A DNA stretch of 64,000 bases from Azolla caroliniana. Its lineage: Eukaryota > Plantae > Polypodiophyta. The position numbers were made by a program, and so were the translations under genes. Numbering within the stretch: position 1 is the stretch's first letter; every line of letters begins with the position of its first letter. The notes beneath the pieces were generated by a model. The model made no database searches and was not told the origin of the DNA. It saw only the letters and a program-made list of their open reading frames with translations. Shown piece by piece: positions 38,710 through 50,500 of the stretch. The DNA lies in NCBI GenBank assembly GCA_043228905.1, contig JBHGNT010000011.1, positions 10,664,001-10,728,000 of the forward strand, in the 5' to 3' direction.

Positions 38710-39725
38710 ACGCCAAGAAATATGGCAAATCTACACTCGATACAAATGGATCACCCCACGAGAGCCACTCCCATCTAAAATGGTGTACTATAAGGAACAC
38801 TTCTTGCACTTCTCTAAGTTAGGGTTTATTACACGACCAAGATACCTAGATACTTTCTTATCAAATGCACTAAGGGTGGCCATTGGACAACTTAGGATAT
38901 CATCTCACCAACTTGAGATTGAGAATGGTCGAGCTAATAGAGTCCCTAGAGAGGAAAGGCTATGTAGGTTATGCCACATAGAGATAGAGGATGAGTATCA
39001 CTTCACATGCAAGTGCCCAACTTATGCCGAGATACGGGCGGAATACCAAGACATACTAGGACCCTCTCCCACCCTCTCCAAACTATTAGATACCCCGAGT
39101 GTAAAGAGACTAGGTAGGTATATCTTAGAGCTAAAACAACATAGGGAGGATAAATTACAAAGTGTTAATCATAACCCTTTTACTACTCATCAACATGTAT
39201 CTAGTGTAATTTTTCAGGAACATGGGGAGACGATGAATGTGGATACACTTATGCCGCTCGGCCTCTCCCTTGAGGAAGCAGAAATACAAAGAGCAACCAA
39301 ACGTCCTCGGATGTTGGGCTTCAACACAAGTCAACGTGGAGTAGAAAAGATTAAGAAGATAAGGGAACGTGAGCTACGTCGACTCGAAGCTATGGTTGGG
39401 GTACCTCTTACATGGGGACCACGGGCCACATCCACATGGCAACCCTTTGACCCCCCGCTTCTCTTCGAGAGACTTGGATGGAAATGAAATTAGGCCTAGT
39501 ATAGAATCATTCTCATTGTAGAACATGTTTTTTATATAGAACATGTTTGTTGTTTTCTTAGAACTATTTAGCTTAAACTCTATTTTATCTTATTTTTATT
39601 TTTACTTTCGATGAATGGGTAAATATCCCATTTTTGTTGTACACCATTTGTCTCATGGGCCAATTTTGGCCTTAGAAGACGTTAATATATCTTTCTTTCT
39701 TTCTTTCTTTCTTTCTCTCTCTCTC
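38710..39725 (+). mobile_element. 5'-truncated RTEX/CR1-group-like LINE with open C-terminal ORF (38780-39487)
   Basis: LRISSHQLEIENGR…PREERLCRLCHIEIEDEYHFTCKCPTY zinc-knuckle domain. 3' hairpin GGCCAATTTTGGCC followed by a (CTTT)n/(CT)n tail. It starts directly after (CT)n. Confidence 0.85.
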
Positions 39726-40446
39726 CCTTTAATCATGATCTTGCTCACATGGCTACGACAAGATTAGGGCTAATTATACCCAATTATACCACAAGGTTCA
39801 GATGAAGACCCCAAACTCTCGTCTTCTTACAAGAAAAACTACATTTATAGAATGGTGTTCACATTTTGATTACACAATAATCACAGTAGTGATTTTGAGA
39901 AGTGTTTAAAATGGTATATATAACAAAGAAGCTAAGGTAGATTAAGCTAACTTTCGACTTCTCTCCACCATGCTCGCCCAACACATTGTGATAGCTTATT
40001 GAAGGAGGAGAAGGTTACAAAATAGAAATAGATGAAGATGAAGGAGAGGTGCCCCAAACTCCACTCCCACACTCTACACTCTCCCAACCCTAAACCCCAA
40101 GTAAAGAGAAGGAAATGAAACCCTAAAAACTCCACAAAAAAGAGATCCTCTAAAGGTTGTTAACATCCAAAATAACATTAAACCCCAAATAAGCAACCTA
40201 AAGTGAACTCTGCTCTCCTCTTTTTTTATAGTGAGAGAGGTGCCTACCAAGTACATTTAATGCTCAAATAGACCCCTTTTCATAAAGGATAGTCTATAGC
40301 CTGAACTGTTTGGCTATAAGAATGGTTTTATAAATACATTTTTACATTTTTGTGGTTGTCCCTTCCCCCTTTTTTCTCTATCTTCAAACTTTGGACCCCA
40401 CCCACCATATCATGGCATCCACCCCCACTAAAGCCCACATACTCTA

Positions 40447-40855
40447 TGTTGAGCAAGCAAGCTCAACTAGATCCGGATCGGTTGAATAAGCCTGAGCCAA
40501 ATCGGCATCCGGAAGGATGAACCGAATCAGTATCTGGAAACAACCGTCCGGATCAAGGAGCCGGATTGGAGAGCCGGATTCGAGCGGGAACCGGAAGCCT
40601 AGTAGTAGCCTAGACTACTAGGTAATCATTGTCTCGTAGTTAGTGTCAGTTGCATGTATGAGCATTGAAGTACTTGTCAGTCCTTTATGAACTTGTATAA
40701 ATAGTGATGTTTAGCACGTTGTATGTACAAAGTTTTATGTTCTGCTCTCTCTGTCTCCTTTATGTTTGAAGCTTTTCCATTAAATCTTCATCTCATTTTC
40801 TATGCTATCCGGGTGAGCCGGTTCTGTCTGACGCTTCCACGCATTAACATTCACA
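40447..40855 (+). repeat. Copia-2 5' LTR (conventional, non-palindromic)
   Basis: TGTTGAG…ATTCACA with TATAAATA at about 40697, followed by the iMet PBS. Confidence 0.88.
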
Positions 40856-41776
40856 TGGTATCAGAGCGCGAGGGTTGAGAACCTCTGCAACCGATACTTG
40901 CTTTCGTAGACGAACCTTAGAACTCGGAAACTAGACGAACCTTAGAACCCGGAAACAACAAACAGAGAGAATATATGGACAGAGGAATGGCGAGTTCACT
41001 TCCAACAGAGAAGCTCGATCGGAGCAACTACACGTCTTGGTCATATAAAATGCACCAATACCTGCTGGGGCATGGATATTGGAGCTTCGTGGAAGGAACA
41101 AATGAAGTAGCACCAGAGCCGTCACACAAAGACTTCCCGGTATGGGAGCAAGGAGCGAGTTGGGTACTGTACTGTCTCACGTTCAGTGTGCATGATCAAA
41201 TGCTCAGCTACATCAAGGATGCAAAGATGCCGAAGGAGGCCTGGGAAAATCTACGGAAGATTTTTGCCGCAAGTACCACAACTCGGAAGTTGTAGCTCCG
41301 GCAAGAGCTGAACAACATCCAACAAAGAGACATGCATGTCGGTTATGGATTACACCACCAAGATAAAGGAGATTTGTGACGCACTCGGGTCCATCAACGT
41401 GACGGTGGACGAAGACAAGATGGTACAAATCTGCCTCGGTGGTCTAGTGTAGGGGTACGGGCCAATCCGGACAACAATCTGCAGCTGGGAGAAACCACCA
41501 TCTTTCTTCGACTTGCAATCGATGCTGATGGTCAAAGAAAACCACGCGAGTGGGTCAAGGACCACTCAATCGAACGTTTGGATGCTATACACGGAGACAG
41601 ATCGGCCCCATGGTCGTGGTGGACGAGGTGGGTTAGCACGCAATGGAGGTGGCCGTCTAGAGTAGGACCGGAGGCACAGAGGAGGTGCCGACAGTAGTTC
41701 CGGACCCTCCACAAGCAGGGGGAGTCAAAGCGACACCGGGAGCCAGCAAGGAAAGGCCGACATGGAATGTTGGTAC

Positions 41777-42553
41777 CATAGTACGTAAAATTCGTGTTCG
41801 TCAGGCTTATCATTCGTTTTCCTACGTTGGAAAACGAACACGAATGATATTAAAAAGTTCGTGTGTTTTTTTTTTCCTTTTTTTTCATTTTTTCCTTTTT
41901 TTTTCGTTTTTTCCCTCTTTCTCCCTCTTCTTCTCTGCACGTAACGTTACGCTCTCCTCTCCTCTCCCACCTAGCCTCCAACGATCTGCATAGTGCACAC
42001 TGCTTACCAAGTTTCAACAACTCACGACATTTAGGTATGATTAGAATTTAGGTTTAATAATCGCTATTAGGGTTTAAATTTCCAAAACGAAATTTCAGAA
42101 ATTTCTCTAATGAAATTTCTGAAATTTTAAAGATGAAATGTCTGAAATTTCAAAGATTTCATGTCTGAAATTTCCAAAATGAAATTTCTATGATGAAATT
42201 TCTGAAATTTCAGACATGAAATCTCTAAATTTTCATGGCTGAAATTTCTGAAATTTCAGAGATGATCAGACATGAAATTTCTGAAATTTCAGAGATTTCA
42301 TGTCTAATCATCTCTGAAATTTCAGACATTTCATGGCTGAAATTTCTGAAATTTTTGCAATTTCTGAAATTTCTGAAATGTTTTTTTTTTGCAATTTTTA
42401 AATTTTTTTTACCTTGAAAAAATATTTATCTTATAGTAAATAGTTTAACCAAAAGTATGGTATTTATCATTCTTCAAGGGTGTTTACCCTTCTCAAATGA
42501 TTGAATCATTCTTGAACACAAATGCACGAATGGTGCGCATGGTTCATACTATG
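41777..42553 (+). mobile_element. hAT-type MITE with internal GAAATTTC(T/A) minisatellite, inserted in the Copia-2 zinc knuckle
   Basis: TIR CATAGTA…TACTATG and a 7-8 bp TSD (G)TTGGTAC. Removing it restores ECWYCGKKGH. Confidence 0.9.
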
Positions 42554-44190
42554 TTGGTACTGTGGCAAAAAGGGCCACAGGGAAAGCGAGTGCTGGAAGA
42601 AGCGTGCCGATTCGGACAAATCCGAACCCGGCAAAACTGGTCGGGAGAACTGGCAAAGCTCGCACTACGCGGAAGGATCCGGAACTGGGAAAACCGGTAA
42701 AGGGCCAGCCTTCGTGATGAAACACAAGGATAACTCGATGAAGAAGACTACTTCCAAATCGGAGGAAGTATGGTACGTTGATTCCGGAACATCCAACCAC
42801 ATGACAAGCCATGAAGAGTGGTTCTCCTTTTTGGAGAAGCTGGAACAATCAGGGATTGTCGAAATTGGAGACGACACCCCTCACCTGATTGTGCATGTCG
42901 GAGAAGTCCCTTTAAGCCATGTCGGACAAAAGGGGAAGCAGATGAACGTACTACACGTTCCGACTATCACAAAGAACCTGGTGTCAGTTGGGAAAATCGT
43001 CGACCAGGGGATGCCAGTGCGTTTTACGCACCTAGGGTGCTTCATCGAGGAAGAGGGCTGGATAATTGCGCAAGGGCGCAAAGACGGGAGGATGTTCATC
43101 CTCAACACTAATGATGTCGGCACCGCTATGTTTGCAAATGGGCAGAAGGTCGAATTGGACATCGACCTGTGGCACAAGCGGATCAGCCACATCACTTATC
43201 GGAGGCTTCAAGACCTGCAATTGAAATAAGTCGTTTTCGGTTTGCCGAAATTTAGTGGCCAGAAGGCTGAAATTTGTGAAGCCTGCCAACTTGGGAAGCA
43301 ACATCGGCTTCCATTTCCCACCGATCGAAACCGGAGCCATAACAAGCTCGATTTAATCCATTTGGATGTATGGGGACCGACACAAAACGTTAGTCTTGGT
43401 GGGAGTCAGTATTTTGTCTCCTTCATCGACGACTACAGCCGATACACATGGATCTACCTCATCAAGAGGAAGAGTGAAGTCTTCAAGTGTTTCCGGAAAC
43501 TTCAAAGCTTGGTTGAATGGGAAACGGAGAGGAAGATCAAGTGCTTGCGGTCGGATGGCGGGAAAGAATACTTTTCCGGCCAATTCAATAGTTATCTGCA
43601 GCAGAACGGAATTCAGAGAGAATTTAGCTGCAGGTACACATTGGAGCAAAACGGTGTGGCCGAAAGAAAGAACCGGTCGATTATCGACGTGGCAAGGGCA
43701 ATGCTGGAGGAGAAGAGTATGCCCCATTTCTTTTGGGCCGAGGTGGTCCGGACGACTGTCTACATCCAAAACTGGATCGGTGACAAGGTGTCAACACATG
43801 AGTTGTATTTCGGGCGAAAGCCGAATTTGAGACACCTTCGAATATTCGGTAGCATAGCATATGTGCATGTACCGGATGAGAAGCGGAGGAAGCTGGATCT
43901 GAAGTCGGAGAAATGCATTCTAGTCAGTTACTCACATGAGCAAAAGGGGCATAAGTGCTTTAACCCCCGGACTAAGCAAATCCGAGTAAGCCGAGATGTT
44001 GAGTTTGATGAGACGACATCATGGTACTCCTTATTGACTCTAACTCCCAAACCGGGTGATACCAAGTTGCGCCGGTCTTCCCGCCTGAAGAACCCCGTTA
44101 CACGGTGTCGTAGTGTAGGTTGCACACTATGTGGAAATTATATTTTTGTCCCTCCGGATAGAGAATGGAGTGCTCGGTGAGAACCGGAAG

Positions 44191-44285
44191 AAAACGGCAT
44201 ACCGGCAAGGAGGAAAAACGGCATACCGGCAAGGAGGGAAAACGGCATACCGGCAAGGAAGAAAACGGCATACCGGCAAGGAAGA
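44191..44285 (+). repeat. 23-24 bp tandem repeat in U3 (4 units in 5' LTR, 5 units in 3' LTR at about 50928-51044)
   Basis: Unit AAAACGGCATACCGGCAAGGA(G/A)G. Confidence 0.9.
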
Positions 44286-44332
44286 GCCGGATAAAGAGAC
44301 ATAAATGTAAAAAGAAAGGAAATACTCACTAC

Positions 44333-44404
44333 TGCGCAAGGCGTGATTCAAACTCTGCACCTCCACGTTGACAAACCCCAACCTTACCATTACATTAACT
44401 TATC
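44333..44404 (-). other. tRNA-like A-box/B-box cassette in Gypsy-A LTR (second copy at about 51093-51164)
   Basis: Minus strand reads TAATGTAATGGTAAGG…TTGTCAA…GGAGGTGCAGAGTTTGAATC, followed by a T5 tract about 25 nt later. Confidence 0.65.
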
Positions 44405-44946
44405 TTAAGTGTTTTAAATATAGATTTAATACGTATAAGACCTTTATTTATGCATACCTTTATTAAAAGGTAAATCGTGTATTTTTTTAATATATGAAAA
44501 AGAAAAACACGAGACACTAAAAATAACTCATGCACATCTAGCGTGCATGAGCCCTATACTTAGGAAATAAAAAAGCATCACATGCACATTTTAGTGGACA
44601 TGAACACTTTTTGTAAAAGAAAAAAAAAGCATGAAGCCATGCTTAGCTCTTCCTTCCTTATATAAGGAGGAGAGAAATATATAAAGGGTTGTTGATTATT
44701 TGGATTAAGGATTAATCAATACAAAAATTATTCGTGGGATTCACGATTTATACATCTACTTCTCTCTTAACACCCTAAGTACCAATTAATATAGTATACT
44801 CGTGTGATTCACGAGTTTCTTATCTTTCTCTTCGCTATTTATTCATAATTAATCTTTATCTCACGAACTTCTTTCTCCTAGTCCAAGACCTCTGTGGTTC
44901 CCACCCGACTCACGCAACGATCCGGAGCCGAAAGGCACGACACAGT

Positions 44947-44963
44947 TGGTGAACCCGACGTGA
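44947..44963 (+). promoter_or_regulatory. Primer-binding site complementary to cytosolic tRNA-Trp
   Basis: TGGTGAACCCGACGTGA is the reverse complement of the plant tRNA-Trp 3' end (TCACGTCGGGTTCACCA). It lies 4 nt after the LTR. Confidence 0.85.
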
Positions 44964-44980
44964 AAACGGGTGGCAAGGAG

Positions 44981-47020
44981 ATGGAGGCTCAACAAGCTAA
45001 CAATATGATGGCGATGTTCGAACGGATGCTTCAAGAACAACGCACGATGTCGGAGATTTCGGCATCAGTAGAGCGGCTCGTGCAACGCAACGGGCAATTT
45101 AATGGTAAGGATGTGTCGCGATATTTGCAGGACTACAAGGCGGAGATGCTCCGGTGCCGGGCTTCGGAAGGACTGCAAGTGACATCCTTTAACCGGGTGG
45201 CGACCGACGGGCTTCAAGGGAGTATCCACGGGTTGCAACAACAAAATCCGACGTGGGAAGCATTCGAAGAGGCGTTAAAGACCACGTTTGCCATCGAGGA
45301 CTCCTCCAAGGCAACGCGGAGGGGATTCGAGGATTGGGTGGAAACGTCAGGTAAGGGGCTGAAGGTCCTCGAAGTGTTTTCGACATTCGAAAGTCGGTTC
45401 GGGAGGTTGTCCGCGAGAGATCAAACTATTCTTGCACCGGACAAAGTCATCATGTTTTTGCGAGTTGTGGACGTCCGGGACCGGAAAGATCTCGGAGTGC
45501 TTCTTGAGGACACGACCACCGAAAGCGGCCTCACCGAAACATGGGAAAGCGTGCGGGATATCGTCGCGCGGTACATGAAGAGGGGGCAATGGCTTGCCAA
45601 CGAAGAAAAGAGGGTTTCGGAACCGATTCCGAAACCGAGAATGGGACTGGAAGACCATCAACCGAGGGCTCGGGAGATTACGGCCGAGAAGGGAGTCGAT
45701 GCGTCTACGGTGGAGCAGCTGCTGAAGGAGATGGAGAATCTAAAGATCGCGATGGTGAAGAAGTCGGATGACCGCCCCACAAGCTCCAAATATACGGATC
45801 GACGGTGCATATGGTGCGATAGCGCCGAACACGATCGGAGGGATTGCGACGACCATAAGGAGGCGCTACGACGGGATCTCATCTACTACGAGGGAAACCG
45901 GATTCATTCGATGGACTCTCGGAAGCCACTCCGACCGAACTTCCGGAAAGGCGGCATGAAGAAGGTGCTCGAGGAGGAGTTAGCGGCAAGAAGCAACTAT
46001 GCGACAACCGCGGGAATATGTGTCGGGGAGTCATCGGGAGCGAAGGCGTCTTTCTGGCCGGAGGTGCTAGGAAACACCGAGAAAACCGACTCCAACGATA
46101 TCTGAAACACCGCGGAAGGCGTCCGGGAAGCTACGGGATGGGAGTGCCCTGTCGACAAGAATAGCATATACGCCCTGTGTCAATTACATGAGGTGTATGT
46201 GGACGAGAAATGACGGCGCACGGAGGATGCGGCCGGACCATCGAAGATACCGGAAAGCTGGAACTCCGGAGGTAAGGGAAAAGAAAAGGCGACTCCGGCA
46301 TTCAAGCTCGCCTCGGACATAGAACAACAAACCGACTTGAAAAGAGTGTTCGAGGAAAGAATCTTGGATAGCCGGGTAGATTTTTCGTTGCGGGAACTAC
46401 TCGGAATAGCGAAGAAGGAGTTTCACGATCTTCTCGTGGATCTCGTGAAAAGGAAGAGACAAAGTACGGAGGAAAATGCTCCAAGGGTGAATGCAAATAC
46501 CGTTTCAACGAACGACACCGAAGTGGAAGGCGAAATTCCGAACTCCCACTATACAAGGCCACACTGGGCCCGTGCGACTACGGAGACTCCGGTCCGAATC
46601 GGCAACATCAAAGAACCCGTGCTAGCATTGATTGATCACGGATCGGAGATCAACTTGATGTCCAAGGAGTTCTACCGAAAGGGGAAGTGGCCTATAAACA
46701 CCAACCATGGATGGAAGATTCGGGCAGCCACGAAAACGACAGAAGACCTATTTGCGGCTTGTCCGGATGTGACGGTAAAGATCGGGGATGTCGAAATTGA
46801 CCAAAATTTCTTTGTGCAGGATGAGGTTTCACATTCTGTCATCCTCGGCCAACCCTTTATCACGGCTTCACGGATGGAGACGAAGGTGCTCGATAGTGGT
46901 GCGGCTTTTGCGCGAATTCGGAGCCAAAACGGAGGGAAATCCGTCCAATTCCTAACGGTGCCGGCAAATCACGAAAGGAACAAGAGGGAACTCTTGCCCC
47001 AAGTGAGAATGGATTTTTAA
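44981..47020 (+). pseudogene. Gypsy-A gag-protease with two in-frame TGA stops
   Basis: FNGKDVSRYL, zinc knuckle CIWCDSAEHDRRDC and protease ALIDHGSEIN are all in one frame. TGA stops at 46103 and 46211. Confidence 0.88.
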
Positions 47021-47063
47021 AGCGGACTGTTGCGGAGTGGGGAAGTGATAGTCCGAGAAGCCC
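47011..47063 (+). promoter_or_regulatory. Putative -1 ribosomal frameshift signal between protease and pol
   Basis: G_GAT_TTT precedes the TAA, followed by stem GGACTGTTGC/GTGATAGTCC. The -1 frame is open into the ORF at 47155. Confidence 0.7.
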
Positions 47064-47113
47064 TGATACCCCACACAGGAAGAAAACTCTCGGAGCAAAA
47101 CAAGTACGAATCG

Positions 47114-47574
47114 GCCCGGATGGGGCATCTACGTACACGGCCGTAACCGGAGGAATGAAGAAACAATACCGACAAGTGGAGGATAAGTTACGGTCGGCAT
47201 CAATAATAAAAGAAGACGAAGAAATCGTGGGAGTGATCGAGGAAGTGTTCTATGGGAATACACTACAACGGCTTGAAGAGCTTGCGGAAGATAAAAGCCA
47301 AGGGAACCGGGTAGTCCCGGTGGAATCGGTCGAGATGTACGTAGATGCCCGGATGGGGCATCTACGTACACGGCCGTAACCGGAGGAATGAAGAAACAAT
47401 ACCGACAAGTGGAGGATAAGTTACGGTCGGCATCAATAATAAAAGAAGACGAAGAAATCGTGGGAGTGATCGAGGAAGTGTTCTATGGGAATACACTACA
47501 ACGGCTTGAAGAGCTTGCGGAAGATAAAAGCCAAGGGAACCGGGTAGTCCCGGTGGAATCGGTCGAGATGTACG
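47114..47574 (+). repeat. 233-bp tandem duplication that frameshifts the pol N-terminus
   Basis: 47114-47341 is repeated from 47347. ORFs 47155 and 47388 begin with identical peptides in different frames. Confidence 0.95.
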
Positions 47575-50500
47575 AGATTGTTGCGAAAATGGGGCCGGAT
47601 GCGCTCCGCAAAGAAGAAGCAATGGTAAGTACGAAATACAAGACCGTGGAGAAGAAGGTGAAACCGGCCGCGGGACCACTACCCGCCGATAGCGAACAAA
47701 AGAGGAAAGAAGTCTCGGGAGATCCGACACTTCGGAAGACCGTGGATATCGGACATGCCTTCACAGATGAGACCCGGAAGAAACTTCGGATCGGTGGAGG
47801 TGGGTTCCTCTTACAAGAAGAAGAAAAACGGTTTCGAGAGATGTTGGAGCAACACGGCAAAGCATTCGCGTTCACATCGAGGGAGATCGGATGCATTGAT
47901 CCAAAGATAGTGGAGCCGATGGTGATCTTCACGATTGATCATGTACCGTGGAACCTGAAGCCGATTCCGGTGCCACGGGCGCATATTCCGAAAGTCATCG
48001 ACTTGCTCAAGGAGAAGGTGGCGATGGGGATTCTAGAGCCATCAAGTGCTCCGTACTCAAATCGATGGTTTACGGTTCCGAAGAAGAATGGGTCACTCCG
48101 ATTCATCCAAGACTTGCAACCGGTGAACAAGGTCACGATCCGGAACTCGGGAGTCGGTCCGATAGTGGACGAATTCGCGGAAGCTTTTGCCGGACGTGCG
48201 ATATACTCCATCGGGGACCTATACTCGGGGTATGACCAATTCCAACTAGCCGTGGAGAGCCGAGACATCACTACCATGCGGACACCGATAGGACTAGTTC
48301 GAATGTGCACACTACCACAAGGAGCGACAAACTCGGTTGCACATATGATGAACGCGATGAACAAGGTGCTTCGAGATTGCATCCCGGAGATAACGATGCC
48401 GTTTCTAGATGACATTCCGATGAAAGGATGCGCGGTGGAAGAAAAAGATGAGACTATGGATGATCGGGGATGCCGAAAGTTCGTGGTCGACCATATTCAT
48501 GATTGCGAGAAAGTGTTGCGAAAGCTAGAAGATGTGCACCTAACACTTTCCGGGGAGAAATCGGCATTCGGGCAAGAAGAAATATTGGTGGTCGGACATC
48601 TATGTGGACCCTACGGCCGAAGACCGTCACCAACAAAGATCGATGCGATTCAAGCTATGAAGGAAGTATGTGAGTCAACATCGGAAGTCCGAAGGTTTCT
48701 GGGTGCGTGTGCATTCTATCACATATGGATTCCGCACTATGCACATATAGCGGACCCGCTCTATCACTTGTTGCGGAAAGGTAAGAAATTCGAGTGGAAA
48801 CCGGAACACACTAAAGCCATGAGGAAGCTCAAGAAGACACTATGGAGGGCGGAATCACTTAAGAAGCCAAGCTACGAGCGGCCAATCATAGTAACGGTTG
48901 ATACAAGTCCAACCGGTATCGGGTGGGTCATCAATCAAGCCGACTCGGATGGTTCGCGGTATCCGATCCGATTTGGGGCAAAGGTCCTCAACGAAAGGCA
49001 ACGCGGATATGCACAAGTCAAAAGAGAATTGTGGGGAGTCGTGTCGGCGATAAAATCGGATCGGGATTATTTGATCGGAGCTGAAGTGGTGATCGAGACG
49101 GATTGTCTTCCGATACTCGGGATGATGCGGTGTTGTACGATACCGGATGTGGCTATGCTAAGGTGGATTGCATATGTCAAGTCACTTAATCCGGAGGTTC
49201 GACACATCTCGGGGAAGGACAACGCGGTAGCGGACATGTTATCGAGGGCGCGGTTTGAAGACGACATAACCGAATCAGATAATGAAGAAGTTTCCGAAGA
49301 CTACTTCACGTCAGAACACATATGCCGAGTGAACGTGATCCGAGAATTCCGGGAAGAAGAATACGAGGGGGAAACCTTGATGATCGGGAAGATGCTACAA
49401 GAGGTCGAGGATTCAACCAATGATAAAGAAAGGAGAGCCGAGATCCGAAGGAAGAAGAGGCAAGTCCAAAAGTTCTTCTTGGAAAACGGTTTAATATGGA
49501 GGACGCCGAAAAGACCGGATGGGATACCACTTCGAGTAGTCGGGACGAAAGAGCAACGAAACCGGATAATGTCCGAGTTCCACGAATCCGATTGGGCTGG
49601 ACATCGAGGAACATGGGCAACTTTTGTGAAAATCAAGCAAAGATATTGGTGGAAGAACATGTATAAAGATGTCGCGGAGTTCACAGAAAGCTGCGAGAAA
49701 TGTCAAGTCTACTCCGGGGTCCGACACCGAGATGAGCTGCATCCGACATTCTCACCGACAATCAACTTCAAGTGGATGGTCGACATTGTAGCTATGCCGA
49801 CCGGGATTGGACAAAAGAAATACTTGGTGTTAGCTCGAGAAGATCTCACAAACCAAGTTGAAGGTCGAGCGCTTCGGAGGAAAACGTGTGCCGCGGTGTG
49901 CCAATTTCTTTTGGAAGAAGTGTTTTGTAGGTACGGCTGCGTAGGACAAGTGATTGCGGACCGGGGAGAACTCGACTCGGACAAAGCTAGGGGATTCTTC
50001 GCCAAACATGGAGTTCGGTTAACGTTGACAACGGCCTACAATCCGGAGGCCAACGGGAAGATCGAACGAGGACATAGTCCGATCGTGAAAGCACTTGCGA
50101 AGGCATGCGACGGAAGGGTGAAGGATTGGCCACAAATGCTTCCGTATGCACTATGGGCGGATCGGACGACGCATAGCTCCGTGACCGGTTACATGCCGGC
50201 AGAACTCATGACCGGACAAGCACCGGTAATGCCAACGGAAACCGCAATCGCGACATGGACAATACTACCGTGGAAGGAAGAGATGAGCCGGGAAGAACTA
50301 CTAGCGGTCCGGATACGACAACTGGAGGGAAGACCGAAAGATGTAGCGGAAGCGTCACGCCGACAACAAGAAGCACGGTTCCGGAACAAAAGCCGGTTCG
50401 ACACAAAGCACCGACTACGACCGAGGAGGATTGAAGAAGGAGATTGGGTGATCGTCTATGATAGTAGCTTGGACCATCAACATACAACGATGCGGAAATT

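Noticed and set aside
39850-40440. Possible DNA-transposon or Helitron end with CCCTAAA-like motifs
   Set aside because: No TIR, TSD or coding similarity could be identified by eye.
44191-44285. Short direct repeats resembling a CRISPR array
   Set aside because: The units are contiguous with no unique spacers and lie in a eukaryotic LTR U3.
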